From contig JAQCIU010000010.1 of the NCBI GenBank assembly GCA_027593235.1, positions 35,498-99,497 on the forward strand: a DNA stretch of 64,000 bases, given 5' to 3'. The stretch's first letter is position 1. Each line of letters opens with the position of its first letter. This document shows, in pieces, positions 48,981 to 59,152 of this stretch. The notes below the pieces were generated by a model that did no database searches, had not been told where the DNA came from, and worked only from the letters and a program-made list of their open reading frames with translations. The DNA comes from Chloroflexota bacterium. GTDB taxonomy: Bacteria; Chloroflexota; Dehalococcoidia; UBA2979. A program made the position numbers and the translations under genes.

Positions 48981-49982
48981 CTACCGAGGCGGACTGAGCC
49001 CTTCCGGAACGACGGGCGCCAGCACGATCTCCGCTCCCTCGCTCACGTCGAGTGAAAACAAGTCGCCCACCCGCGGTCCCGCCGTGAGCGCCGCGACGAT
49101 ACGGCCACGGTCATCGAGCATCAGGCCGAATGAACCGCCGGGTCGCGAGAAGAACGCGGTGTAGAGCACCGGGAATTCGCTATCAGCGATCGTCACCTCC
49201 CGTCGCGCCACGACCGCATACAGGCGTGGCGGGTTGGCGGGATCCAAGTCGACGAACTGATCGACCGTTCGCTCGCCCGCGACCCGCGCGATCGGCGAGG
49301 AATCCGAGTCGTAGACGCCTCTGACGAACACGTCGATTACAGCGCCGTCCGGGACCCCCTCGGGGCAGGTCGCCTGTCCCGGACCGTCGGGAGCGACGGC
49401 GCAGGTCTGGGACTGGAACACCAGCAGCGCGTCCACCGCATCAGCATCCGCGGCCCACACCGCTTTGATCGTCGCGTCGATCTCCGGGATGCCCGTCTCA
49501 GCGCCCACCGGTTGATCAGGCCCCGCGACCCAATCGTCGCTCTGAGGAATAGACACCAGTGGCCGCTCGAGCTGCAGGCCGCCCTCCGAGGGGATCACCC
49601 ACCCCACGCCCGGCAGCGCCAGCCACAGTGGGGCGGGCGCCCAGCGATGGGAAACCGTGATCGTGTCGCCCCGGCCGAGCGCCCCGATCCGGTAGCTCTC
49701 ATGGGACGGTGACACGAACACGTCGAGTCTATCCGCGACGACGACAGCGGTTACCCCTTGCTCGCCGCTGCCGGGGACCACCACCCCCGAGGGTGTTACC
49801 AGCGGCATCGGTGTCGCCGCCGCGCTCGGCCCCACGGTCACGCTGACCGAGGGCGTGATGGTCGCAGCCGCCGGCGAAGCGGTGCCGGTCGCGGCATCGT
49901 CCGAGGAACCTGAGCACCCCACGAGCAACACCACCGACATGGCACCGACGAACAGCGCCAGACGCCGGATAGTGATTCGCAT
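48981..49982 (-). CDS. Lipoprotein, possible SH3-like domain
   Basis: Lipobox LVGC; Thr/Pro linker; LDV...P...IG.L..GD...W...GW pattern. Confidence 0.65.
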   Translation of the reverse strand: MRITIRRLALFVGAMSVVLLVGCSGSSDDAATGTASPAAATITPSVSVTVGPSAAATPMPLVTPSGVVVPGSGEQGVTAVVVADRLDVFVSPSHESYRIGALGRGDTITVSHRWAPAPLWLALPGVGWVIPSEGGLQLERPLVSIPQSDDWVAGPDQPVGAETGIPEIDATIKAVWAADADAVDALLVFQSQTCAVAPDGPGQATCPEGVPDGAVIDVFVRGVYDSDSSPIARVAGERTVDQFVDLDPANPPRLYAVVARREVTIADSEFPVLYTAFFSRPGGSFGLMLDDRGRIVAALTAGPRVGDLFSLDVSEGAEIVLAPVVPEGLSPPR

Positions 49983-50155
49983 CAAGGCCACCTCCCACAA
50001 CAACGGCACGCGCAGAGACGCCTGGACAACGCTCTCCGCTCCCTCACAGCCTATCGCCAGCATCAAGTCGCGACGGCGGATCACGGACAACCCGAGAACG
50101 AACGCCCGCTGTCGGTTACGATCCGTCGAACGCCACCACCTCGGAAGGCCCGCCC

Positions 50156-51034
50156 GTGATCTGGGACGTCCACTGTCACTTCCCGCGGAACTGGCAAGAT
50201 CCCGACAACTTCGACCCGGCGAAGGAGATCGACGCCCGCGCTGACGCGCTCCGCGCCGCCGGCGTCACACGCGCCTCGCTGCTCTGTGGTGGCCGCTTCG
50301 GGATGGCGTACGACGAATCGCTCACTTACGCGCGACGCCACGAGGATCTCTTCCTGCCCTCCGCGATGATCGATCCGGAAGAGATCAAGCACAGCGATAT
50401 TCGCGAGCTGCACGAACAGGGCTACCGCGGCCTGAAGATGATCGGCGTCCGCAAGCCCTACGACGACTACACCTACTTCGGTGTCTACCAGGCCGCCGAG
50501 GAACTCGACATGCCGATCCTGATGCACATGGGCGTCATCGGTGGCGGCGTCGACTACTCGATCACCCACCCGCGCCGTGACCCGGAGGCGGCGCAGCGCT
50601 TCCGCGAGATGAAGAACTCCCCGCGCGCACGCGGCCGGGACGTCTCCGCGACGCGCATGCGTCCCTTCCACATGGACACGATCGCCAACAACTTCCCGGA
50701 CTTGAAGTTGATCGGTGCCCACATGGGCGGCACCGGTAACTACGACGAGGCCGCCTCCGTCACCCGCTGGCGACACAACGTCTACCTGGACATGTCCGGC
50801 GGCGAAACGATCGAGCGCCACGCCGTCGAGCGTCGCCTCGTCGGTCACGAGATCGGTGTTGAGAAACTCACCTGGGGCTCCGACTGCGGCAACGAGGAGA
50901 TCGCCGATCACGTCGCCAACCTCGAACGCATCTTCGATCAGGTCGGCCTGACCGACGACGAGCGCAACCGGATCCGCTACCAGAACGCCGCCGAGATATT
51001 CGGCGAGGCGGAACCGATCCACGCCGCCGAGTAG
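50156..51034 (+). CDS. Amidohydrolase family (amidohydro_2) protein
   Basis: DVHCH, GLK, LMHMG, GAHMG, WGSD, NAA. Confidence 0.9.
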   Translation: MIWDVHCHFPRNWQDPDNFDPAKEIDARADALRAAGVTRASLLCGGRFGMAYDESLTYARRHEDLFLPSAMIDPEEIKHSDIRELHEQGYRGLKMIGVRKPYDDYTYFGVYQAAEELDMPILMHMGVIGGGVDYSITHPRRDPEAAQRFREMKNSPRARGRDVSATRMRPFHMDTIANNFPDLKLIGAHMGGTGNYDEAASVTRWRHNVYLDMSGGETIERHAVERRLVGHEIGVEKLTWGSDCGNEEIADHVANLERIFDQVGLTDDERNRIRYQNAAEIFGEAEPIHAAE

Positions 51035-51039
51035 ACCCC

Positions 51040-52260
51040 GTGACTGACGAACGTCCCGCCGCCGATCCCGAGTCGTCCGAGGCGCTCGAATCCCCCGAGG
51101 CGCCCGAGGCGCAGCTCGAACTCTCCGCGATCGCGCGCGACGCGCACGGCCCTGGCACCAACGGCGGGTCGGCCCCGCCCGATGACGCGCCGCCTCAGGA
51201 TCCCCCGCCCAACCTCCCGCTCCCCGAGGGCGAACCGCCTCCCGAGTCCTCCAACCTCCTCGACATCGACGTCGAAGCCGCCGAAGACCCGACCGCTCTG
51301 GACGAGCTCGATGACGTAGACGAACCCGACGACCCGGACGAAGGGCCGTCCGCTGACGAGCCTGATCCGGCCTTCGAGTCCGACGCTGCCGCCGTGGCCG
51401 CCACGGCCGCCTCGCTCCTCCCGACAAGCTGGCCCGACCCGATCCCCGTTGGCGCCGCGGCCCGCGAACCCACGCGCTTCGAGGGCATCCGCATCACCCC
51501 GCCGACGCTCATTCTGGGCAGTCTCGTCACCCTCGCGTTCGTCCTCTTCGTGACGATCGAACCGACCCCGCGCTGGTTGTTGCTCTTCCTCGCCGTGATT
51601 GCCGCGATCGGAACGGACGGCATCCTCCGCCAGGCATGGCCCCGCCCGTTCGCCCGTGGCGCCGATCATGGCGACACCACCCCGTATCTGTTCCTACCGG
51701 CGCTGGCGGCGATCGCCTGGCCGATGCTGATCGAGCACAACATTCGCGGGTACCTCGTCATCCCCGCCGCACTCCTCGCGGGCGGCGGCTACACCGCTAT
51801 GCTGGTCGCGCAACTCAGCTCGGTCCGCGTCCGCGCCATCGCCTACCCGCTGACACGGCACGCCTCCACCGCCGCCGTCTACCTCAGCGCGTTCGCCCTG
51901 TTCTCGCTCAGCTACGTGCTGGACTCCCACCTCGGCGCCAGTGTTGCCGCCGTGGGTCTCGTCGCCGCCATGCTCGGCGTCGAGGTCTTCCGTGAAGGCG
52001 AGGTCGATCCGCTCGAAACGCTCGTCTTCGCCGGCGTTACCGGGGTCATCCTCGGCGAGGCGCGCTGGGCGATGTACTACGTACCAGTCGGCGGTTACCT
52101 CGCCGGCCTCGCGCTGCTGCTCGGCTTTTTCCTGGTCACCGGCCTGCTCCACTCACACCTCACCCGACACCTCAACAACGTCATCGCCCTCGAATACGCC
52201 GGCATCGCCAGCGCTGGCGTCGTCCTTGTCGCGATCGCCGGACAGGCTGGCCTCGGCTAA
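51040..52260 (+). CDS. Multi-pass membrane protein with long acidic N-terminus (DUF5656-like)
   Basis: Multiple hydrophobic helices after a D/E/P-rich disordered region. Confidence 0.7.
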   Translation: MTDERPAADPESSEALESPEAPEAQLELSAIARDAHGPGTNGGSAPPDDAPPQDPPPNLPLPEGEPPPESSNLLDIDVEAAEDPTALDELDDVDEPDDPDEGPSADEPDPAFESDAAAVAATAASLLPTSWPDPIPVGAAAREPTRFEGIRITPPTLILGSLVTLAFVLFVTIEPTPRWLLLFLAVIAAIGTDGILRQAWPRPFARGADHGDTTPYLFLPALAAIAWPMLIEHNIRGYLVIPAALLAGGGYTAMLVAQLSSVRVRAIAYPLTRHASTAAVYLSAFALFSLSYVLDSHLGASVAAVGLVAAMLGVEVFREGEVDPLETLVFAGVTGVILGEARWAMYYVPVGGYLAGLALLLGFFLVTGLLHSHLTRHLNNVIALEYAGIASAGVVLVAIAGQAGLG

Positions 52261-52449
52261 CGCTCGTCCGGCTCGCTTCACTCCTCCCCGTCCGCTCGAG
52301 GTACCGCCAGCGACCCGGCGTGCTATTTCGAGCAGAGCGCCCGCTGAGGTGCTCGCGCGGACGTCGATCGGACATGCTGCCTCGTCGGCAACGAGTCGCC
52401 GATCAAGGGGTCGCCCAACGGCCGCCCTCTGCTAGCATCGAGGGCCGAT

Positions 52450-52526
52450 CGGGGAGTAGCGCAGCCTGGTAGCGCACCTGTCTGGGGGACAGGTGGTCGT
52501 CGGTTCAAATCCGGCCTCCCCGACCA
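52450..52526 (+). tRNA. tRNA-Pro(GGG)
   Basis: CGGGGAG acceptor stem, D-arm GCGC-AGCCTGGTA-GCGC, anticodon stem CCTGT/ACAGG with GGG, GGTTCAAATCC, encoded CCA; extended -10 TGCTAGCAT at 52430-52438. Confidence 0.97.
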
Positions 52527-54016
52527 ATTCGACCACCGACCCTGAGGAGCGACCGATAGGGCTCCTGAAGTTCGACGTGTTGGATACCTCTGGCTCCGAT
52601 CTGTACTTCCTCAAACACTAGATTCACGATCTCGCGGCGCGCTTCAAGCGGAGCGCTATCCCACATCGTGCCGAGCTGCGACAGGTACTCGATACCTCGC
52701 TGAACCTCATTGAGCCCGATCGGTTGGCGCGGAGCCGCGTCCCGCAACGCGCGCTCAATGTCCTCGCGCTGCTTGCGATACTCGGCCTCTTCGATGTCGC
52801 CCCAGGTGAACAACTGGCGCAACTTCTCGAGCGCGCCCTGCAAGCGCTCGGCCTGCGTAGAGTCACGCGCCTCCGGCGCTTTCGCAGCGGCGATGGCGAT
52901 ACGCTCGATGCTGGCGGGCGGGAGACTCAGCCTCTTCACCACCAACTCGCGGGCCTGCCCTTCGAGGAGATCTGAGCTGAAGGACCGGCGGTAGTCGCAC
53001 GAACCGGCGGCGTGGCGCATCCGCCGCTTGTTCGTCCTGCTGCCCGTGTCGCCAAAGAACGACCCTCCGCAGTGGTAGCAGAACGCGCGCCGAGTGAGCG
53101 GATAGATGCGCGCTGCGCGCGTGCGCCCCTTCGGACCGGTCCATGTCCGGCGCTCGCGTCGCGCCGCCTCCACCCGGTGGAACATGTCAGCATCGATGAC
53201 CGCCTCGGGAGCGCCCTTGATCACTTCCTCGTCCGGGGTGCCAGGCGACCAGATCGATGCTCCGGTGTACGTCCGGTTCCGCAGAATCTCCTCGACAGCT
53301 CCTCGGCTGAACGGTCGGCCCAGCCTCGTCCGCAATCCCTCCGCGTTCGCGGCGGACACGAGCGAACGGATCGAGTGACCTTCCAAGTACAGCGCGAACA
53401 GGCGCTGCACCGTCTGAGCCCCTTCTTTGTCCACCGCGAGGGAGCCGTTGAGCGGGTCTCCGGGTTCGCCGTGGTAGCGGTGGTAGCCGAGCGGGGGCTT
53501 GCCGTTCACGCCTCCTCGTTCATGCTTCTGGCGCAGCGCGTTCGAGATCATCATCCCTGCCTCATCGGACCGCTGCTCGTCGATCAATTCGTACAGGCCC
53601 TCCTGCAGCTTGTGGTCCGGGTTTCCCGAGATGATGCCCTGCTGGGCGAACACGAGAGTGATCCCCGCATCCCTAAACCGCCGCTTCCAGATCACCGCAT
53701 CGTGCCGGTTGCGGAACGACCGAGACGAGTGGAAGAACACCAGCACGCCGTAGCCGTGAGCCTCCTCGAGCGCGCGTTGTAGTCCCGAGCGACCAACGGT
53801 GGAACGCCCCGAAACCGCATCGAAGTACTCGTGCTCCGCCTGACTTATCTGGTGCGCTTCACAGAACTGGCGGATACCTGCCCGCTGAAGGTCATGGCCG
53901 TAGTGGTCGGCGCCAGCCTGCCGCTCAGTCGATTCGCGAACGTACGAACGCACTCTCAGTCCGCGCAGCGACGCGAAGTCGACCTTTGAGCGCTTCCTGC
54001 TGGGCCGTCGTGCCAT
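52505..54016 (-). CDS. Large serine recombinase (integrase)
   Basis: YVRESTERQ (catalytic Ser), [25 protein letters not shown], Zn-ribbon CYHCGG, coiled coil. Confidence 0.92.
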   Translation of the reverse strand: MARRPSRKRSKVDFASLRGLRVRSYVRESTERQAGADHYGHDLQRAGIRQFCEAHQISQAEHEYFDAVSGRSTVGRSGLQRALEEAHGYGVLVFFHSSRSFRNRHDAVIWKRRFRDAGITLVFAQQGIISGNPDHKLQEGLYELIDEQRSDEAGMMISNALRQKHERGGVNGKPPLGYHRYHGEPGDPLNGSLAVDKEGAQTVQRLFALYLEGHSIRSLVSAANAEGLRTRLGRPFSRGAVEEILRNRTYTGASIWSPGTPDEEVIKGAPEAVIDADMFHRVEAARRERRTWTGPKGRTRAARIYPLTRRAFCYHCGGSFFGDTGSRTNKRRMRHAAGSCDYRRSFSSDLLEGQARELVVKRLSLPPASIERIAIAAAKAPEARDSTQAERLQGALEKLRQLFTWGDIEEAEYRKQREDIERALRDAAPRQPIGLNEVQRGIEYLSQLGTMWDSAPLEARREIVNLVFEEVQIGARGIQHVELQEPYRSLLRVGGRIGRGGRI

Positions 54017-54018
54017 CG

Positions 54019-54189
54019 CTACGCACTCTCCCACGCTTCCGCATCGAGTATGCGACGCAGGATGCGCGCCCAGGCCGCTTCATGCTCTGACGGCAACCTC
54101 TGCTCGGCTGGGGTCGCCTTCGCGAGCAGGCGAAGCAGCGATTCCATCTCGGGGGGGAGGTCCGGACGGAATCGTAGCTTATCCCCCAT
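54019..54189 (-). CDS. Small hypothetical protein coupled to the integrase
   Basis: MGDKLRF...EAWESA; stop is 2 nt before the integrase ATG. Confidence 0.45.
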   Translation of the reverse strand: MGDKLRFRPDLPPEMESLLRLLAKATPAEQRLPSEHEAAWARILRRILDAEAWESA

Positions 54190-54430
54190 CGCTCGCCACG
54201 TTGAATGGCAGAGAGCCGTCGCGTCGACCCGGCTGTCTACAAATCGGAGCGCCGCAGAGGAGGTCCGCATCCAGGCCGAGGAACTCCGGGAGGGCCGCGA
54301 ACCGTAAGAACGTCGCGTCGAACATCTCCGCCAATCGTGCGAATCGTTCGATCCGCCGGTCCGGCCGAATCACGTAACCAGAGCCGGTGAGCGGGAATAC
54401 GCGGAGCGCCTTCACCCCGAACGCCTCCAT
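54179..54430 (-). CDS. Small hypothetical protein
   Basis: Overlaps both neighbours in operon fashion. Confidence 0.4.
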   Translation of the reverse strand: MEAFGVKALRVFPLTGSGYVIRPDRRIERFARLAEMFDATFLRFAALPEFLGLDADLLCGAPICRQPGRRDGSLPFNVASDGG

Positions 54431-56195
54431 GGGGTGCCCACCGCAATAGAAGTCGCCGAGCCGGCTGAACTTGTCACGTAGCGCCCGTTGGGATTTGTCG
54501 CTTCATTCGAACCCGAGGAAAAGCGATGAACGGAGTCCGACCTCCGGCGCTGTGACTGAACGGAGGCGAGGAATTGCTTCTCTTCCGACTCCGGCCAATG
54601 CCGGCGTAGTTCGGGGCTATCCGATGTCCTCCAAAGCGGGCCGAGGAGACCCAGCGAGTTGTAAGGATCCCTAGCGAACCGCCACTCGGTCGTTAGCAGC
54701 AACGGTAGGCGCGCCTCGAACTCGCGCTCCGCCTCGCGCACGGCGCGAGCGATGCGGTGCTCGGCCTCGTCGCTCGTGGACACCACCAACACCACTGGTC
54801 GCCCGTCGTAATCGCTCTCGAACTGACGAGTGGCGAAGTAGCGGTGGTAGCCGACGAGCTTCGAGCGATGATTGGCAGCACGCTCCGTGCCGCGGTCGTA
54901 CTCGAGCAGGAACTCGTGGCGTGCCTGCGCGGACTGCAACACGCCGCCAGCATCCGGGCGTATCCAGTAACTGCGTTCGCCGTCCCGGAACCGTCTGGTC
55001 GAGGCGGCCTCACTGCGCCACTCCCGGAGATGATGGCCGGCGAGACGTGCGTCGGAGGCGAGACGTACCAGGACGCGGTTCACGCCGACCGAGTGTTCGA
55101 AGTGGCGCAGCAGCCCGTCGAGCCGCGTGCTGGTCGTTCCGCTGCTGCCGGAGGTCGCGGCAACTGCGCCGTGCTCCGCGTAGCGGCGAGGCGGCACGCC
55201 GTCGCGCGCGGCCAGCCAGCTCAGGCCGAGATTGGTGAGCGCAAGTCGCCGGGGAGTGACCCGATCACCATCCGCCCAGCGCGTGATCGTTTCGATCACC
55301 TCGCAACGGACGAGCCGCTCGATGCGCCGCTCGATGGTCTCAACCGGACGGGCGAGCAGGACCGCCAGCTGGGCCGCTTCGAGCAGCGGGTGCTGCCCCA
55401 CCCACTCCGTCAGCAGCTTCTCCTCTGCGTCGGTCGCGAGCGTGAGGGCGGCGAGCCGCTCGCGAACGTTCGCCGGGCGAGCGACGGCCGTGGCTGTGCT
55501 GGTCGCCGACGTGCGCAGCGGAGCCCGGCGTCGTGAGACTGCTGGCAGTGGTCCCGCAATAGCCGCCAACGACGGAGGCTGCAGCCCGGCGGGCGGTGCC
55601 GGCCCCCACGCCAGTCGCTCAATGAGGAGCGCCGGACGAGGCACACCGGGAACCCACCAGATCTCGTCACCAGCGTCGGCGATCGCGAGATCCGCCGCGA
55701 GGCCGAGGATGACGTGCGGACGGTCAGCAGCGCCGTTGCCCGCACCCCGCTCCAACGTGCCGGCCCACTGCTCAAGCTGACGTCCGCCGGCGCAGACGAT
55801 CACCGTCGGCGGAACGCCGCATGCGCCCCAGGTGCTCTCTGCATTCACGAAGGAGCGCCAGCTTGAGACGCGCTGCCGACGGTGTGCTGCTGGTGCTCGC
55901 GATCGATCCCAGGCGACGAAGAACGGTGCGTACAATTCGCCAGCGCGCAGGCACCCGTAGGCGTCGACGCCGGACGGCCACCAGCGATCCGCAGCGCTTC
56001 CAGATGCGGGCAGCGCACGAGCGTCGACCAGTTGAAGCCCGTCGACGCCCTGTGGGGTGCCATTATGCGGTCTGACCACCCCGGACGGGTTAATGGCACC
56101 CCACACGCGTCGCTGCTGCCACAGCTGCGGGCCGCACACGCCGAGCACCAGCGCTGCCGGCGCCGGCTCACGGAACTGTGCCGGCAAGCGGGACG
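54412..56195 (-). pseudogene. Replication-relaxation (Replic_Relax, PF13814-like) protein, 5'-truncated
   Basis: HSVGVN, WRSE, IRPDAGG, FLLEYDRGTE, KLVGY; a degenerate second copy upstream (VDAYGCL..FFVAWDR); N-terminus runs into IS110 sequence. Confidence 0.75.
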
Positions 56196-56197
56196 CA

Positions 56198-56607
56198 CCG
56201 CCGAGATCGTGGACTCGCACCGCGGCCCAGACGTGATCGTCACGGCGAAGCTGCTCGCTGAGGCACCCCAGGCGCTGGCCGAGTTGGACCTGCAAATGCT
56301 CCGCATCCTGGCCGGGACCGCGCCCGTCACCAGACAGAGCGGGAAGTCACATCGGGTCGTGATGCGTCGCGCCTGCAACACGCGGCTGCGTGATGCGGTC
56401 CGGCACTGGGCGCGCTCGAACATGGCTAGCGACCCGTACGGTCGGTCGCTCTACCTGTCGATGCGTGCGCGCGGCCTCCGTCACGAGCGCGCGCTGCGCG
56501 GTCTTGCCGACCGGCTGCTCGCCTGCCTCATCGCCACGCTCCGCAACGACGAGCTCTACGACTCGCAGCGACGTGCCCGCCGTGTCCCGGAAGCGCTCGC
56601 CGCTTGA
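56198..56607 (+). pseudogene. IS110-family transposase C-terminal remnant
   Basis: LAGTAPVTRQSGKS, RRACNTRLRDA, RALRGLADR; N-terminal DEDD domain absent. Confidence 0.85.
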
Positions 56608-56828
56608 CGAACGACCAAAGATGTCCCACAGGTACGGAAATTGACCACCGCTCCTTCACCCTTCACGCGAGCGTCGGCCAGACACTGAGACCGAAGGGCG
56701 TTCGAGACGGCCGGGGTACGGGTCACGAATTCGATCCGGACGGTGAGGGGTGCGGCTAAGCATCCCTCCTTTGGATTCCCGCGCTACCATCCGACTCCGC
56801 CCACCTCCCGAGCAGGATCGAGCCCCCG

Positions 56829-57965
56829 ATGCAAATCACCGACATCCAGACCGTCGTCGTCGACGCCGCCAAAGCCGCCCTCGGCACCGGCCGCCGCACC
56901 TGGATGTTCGTCGAAGTCCACACTGACGAGGGCATCCTCGGCATCGGCGAATGCAGCCAGAGCCGCCTCGACGAAGGCGTCGCGCTCGCCATCGAAGAGA
57001 TGAAGCCCTACTACCTCGGCAAGAACCCCCTCGGCCTCATCGAACCATCGAGGCGCCAGTTCCTCGCCAACCCCTTCGCCTCCCGCATCCGCTACGCCGC
57101 AGTCAGCGGCATCGAGCAGGCCCTCTGGGACCTCACCGGCAAAGCCCTCGGCCAGCCCGTCCATGTCCTCCTCGGCGGCGCCGTCCGAGAGCGCATCCAG
57201 CTCTACGCCAACCTCAGCCAGGCCACCCCCAGCCGCAGCCCCGAGGACCTCGCCGAAACCGCCGCGCGCGCCGTCGCCGATGGCTTCAAGGGCGTCAAAA
57301 TCTACCCCTTCCCCCAGGGTGCCGAGGTCGCACCCAACCGCGGCGTCGCCCTCACCCGCGAAGAGCGCGACCTCGCCGAAGCACGCATCCGAGCTGTCCG
57401 CGACGCCATCGGCCCGGACATCGCCCTCCACACCGACTGGGCCTGGACCGTCACCCCCGCCGACGCCACCCAGATGGCCGAGCGCCTCATCCCCTACGAC
57501 CTCTTCTGGATCGAAGAGCCCTTCGCCACCGACGACCCCGAGGAGTTCGCCGCCCTCCGCCGCCAGATCCGCCCCCGCATGGCCGGCGGCGAACAGCTCT
57601 CCACCATCCTCCCCTTCCGCCAGCTCTTCGAAGCCCGCGCCCTCGATGTCGTCATGCCCGATGTGAAGTGGATCGGCGGCATCTCCGCCTTCCGAGAAAT
57701 CGCCCATCTCGCCGCCACCTACGACGTCGAAGTCTCACCCCACAACATGTCCGGCCCCGTCGCCACCGCCAGCTCCGTCCACCTCAGCGCCGTCCTCGGC
57801 AACTTCCTGACGCTCGAGTACGGCTACGCCGGCGTCCCCTGGCGTGACGAACTCGTCGCCGGCACCGAAATCCTCCAACACGGCACCATCCCACTCCCCA
57901 CCGCCCCCGGCCTCGGCATCACCTGGGACCCTGCCGCCGCCCGCCGCCACACCATCGACGCCTGA
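56829..57965 (+). CDS. Mandelate racemase/muconate lactonizing enzyme (enolase superfamily; DgoD-like)
   Basis: SGIEQALWDL.GK, KGVKI, WIEEP, GGEQ, PDVKWIGG, PHN, PGLGI. Confidence 0.92.
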   Translation: MQITDIQTVVVDAAKAALGTGRRTWMFVEVHTDEGILGIGECSQSRLDEGVALAIEEMKPYYLGKNPLGLIEPSRRQFLANPFASRIRYAAVSGIEQALWDLTGKALGQPVHVLLGGAVRERIQLYANLSQATPSRSPEDLAETAARAVADGFKGVKIYPFPQGAEVAPNRGVALTREERDLAEARIRAVRDAIGPDIALHTDWAWTVTPADATQMAERLIPYDLFWIEEPFATDDPEEFAALRRQIRPRMAGGEQLSTILPFRQLFEARALDVVMPDVKWIGGISAFREIAHLAATYDVEVSPHNMSGPVATASSVHLSAVLGNFLTLEYGYAGVPWRDELVAGTEILQHGTIPLPTAPGLGITWDPAAARRHTIDA

Positions 57966-57974
57966 CCTAGCGCG

Positions 57975-59115
57975 CCTGTCGGGCCACAAAACCCGATCAC
58001 CTCAGGCAGCTTGCCGTTCGTAGCGATGATGGATACCTCCGAGCACGGGAATCGATACGACCTTGCCGTCCCGCTGGACTGGGCGAGGGCCCCGCGGGGG
58101 CTCCAATGCCAGAGTCCGATGTGGTCGCGTTGCGTTGTAGTAGTCGACGTACTCCTGGAGCACTCCGCGTAGGTGCTGCTCGCCGAGGGGAATGATGTGC
58201 TCGACGCATTCACGCCGGAACGTCCCGACCAGTCGCTCAGCGATCGCGTTCGCCTGCGGTGCGTGCACCGGCGTCAACACGGTTTCGATACCGATCCGTT
58301 TCGCGCGGGCGATGAAGTCCCCGCCATAGGTACGGTCGCGGTCCCGGATCAGAAAACGGGGACGCCGATTCCACGGCGTCGCCTCGATCAACTGCCGCCA
58401 GACCCATTCGGCGCTCGGATGCCTGGTGACATTGAAGTGCTCGATGCGACGGCGGTCATGCGACACGACGAAGAAGACGTACAATGTGTTCATCGTCAGC
58501 GTCGGCACGGTGAAGAAGTCCGCTGCCCAGATCTCGTGCCGGTGATTGCGGAGGAAGGTGCCCCAACTCGGGGATGGTGACCGTCGTAACGCCTTGAGGC
58601 GGTAGCGGCGAACGCTCTCGCGGCTGACGTCGTGACCGAGGGCGTGCAGCTCACCCTGAATTCGTACCGCGCCCCAGCGGGGATTCTCTCGGGCGAGCCG
58701 CGTGATTAGGGAGCGAGCTTCGTGGTCGATTCGAGGGCGGCCAGGGCGTCTCGAACGGCTCTTCCATGTCCAATACCGGTGCCAGCCGGCTCGATGCCAG
58801 CGCACCACCGTCTCAGGCCCGACGGCAATCAGTACGTCACGCCAGCCCGGCCAGAGCCGGACCAGCCAGATCCAGAACATGCGATCCGAGTCCCGGATCT
58901 GAGGGCGTCGGCGCTCGTACATCGCCAACTGGTGCCGCAGCGCGGCGTTTTCGATGACCAGATCACGTCTGCCGCGGAACCAGCCAAACAGCACCGTCAC
59001 CCAAGGTCGAATGTATGCGCCCATCTCCGTCCTCTCGTCTGAGAGGAAGCCTTCGCGACTCGCTGGCCGCGGTCAAATCGGGCGGATCTAGTTTTGTTGT
59101 CCCTATACCCACAGG
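57975..59115 (-). mobile_element. IS-like element carrying an rve transposase
   Basis: Imperfect terminal inverted repeats: CCTGTCGGGCCACAAAACCCGATC (57975) and GATCTAGTTTTGTTGTCCCTATACCCACAGG (59085-59115). Confidence 0.65.
58002..59024 (-). CDS. Integrase-core (rve) DDE transposase, IS3/IS481-like
   Basis: ENAALRHQL, ENPRWGAVRIQGEL, AADFF, IRDRD, NAIAER, YNATRPH. Confidence 0.92.
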   Translation of the reverse strand: MGAYIRPWVTVLFGWFRGRRDLVIENAALRHQLAMYERRRPQIRDSDRMFWIWLVRLWPGWRDVLIAVGPETVVRWHRAGWHRYWTWKSRSRRPGRPRIDHEARSLITRLARENPRWGAVRIQGELHALGHDVSRESVRRYRLKALRRSPSPSWGTFLRNHRHEIWAADFFTVPTLTMNTLYVFFVVSHDRRRIEHFNVTRHPSAEWVWRQLIEATPWNRRPRFLIRDRDRTYGGDFIARAKRIGIETVLTPVHAPQANAIAERLVGTFRRECVEHIIPLGEQHLRGVLQEYVDYYNATRPHRTLALEPPRGPRPVQRDGKVVSIPVLGGIHHRYERQAA

Positions 59116-59152
59116 TCCCACAGGATCTCGTCCTCGAAATTCTGGCATTCCG

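Noticed and set aside
52432-52614. ORFs antisense to the tRNA (52432-52614, 52323-52508)
   Set aside because: These are typical tRNA shadow ORFs.
55882-56607. Intact 241-aa ORF or an active IS110 bridge-RNA system
   Set aside because: The N-terminal half is antisense relaxase sequence, the DEDD domain is missing, and no bridge RNA can be supported.
56636-56652. AATTGACCACCG resembling the sequence just 3' of tRNA-Pro, a possible second att site
   Set aside because: The match is short and gapped and does not include tRNA sequence, so it cannot be distinguished from chance.
56829-57965. Extreme C-richness of the enolase-family gene
   Set aside because: It is explained by third-position C codon bias and at most indicates a different donor.
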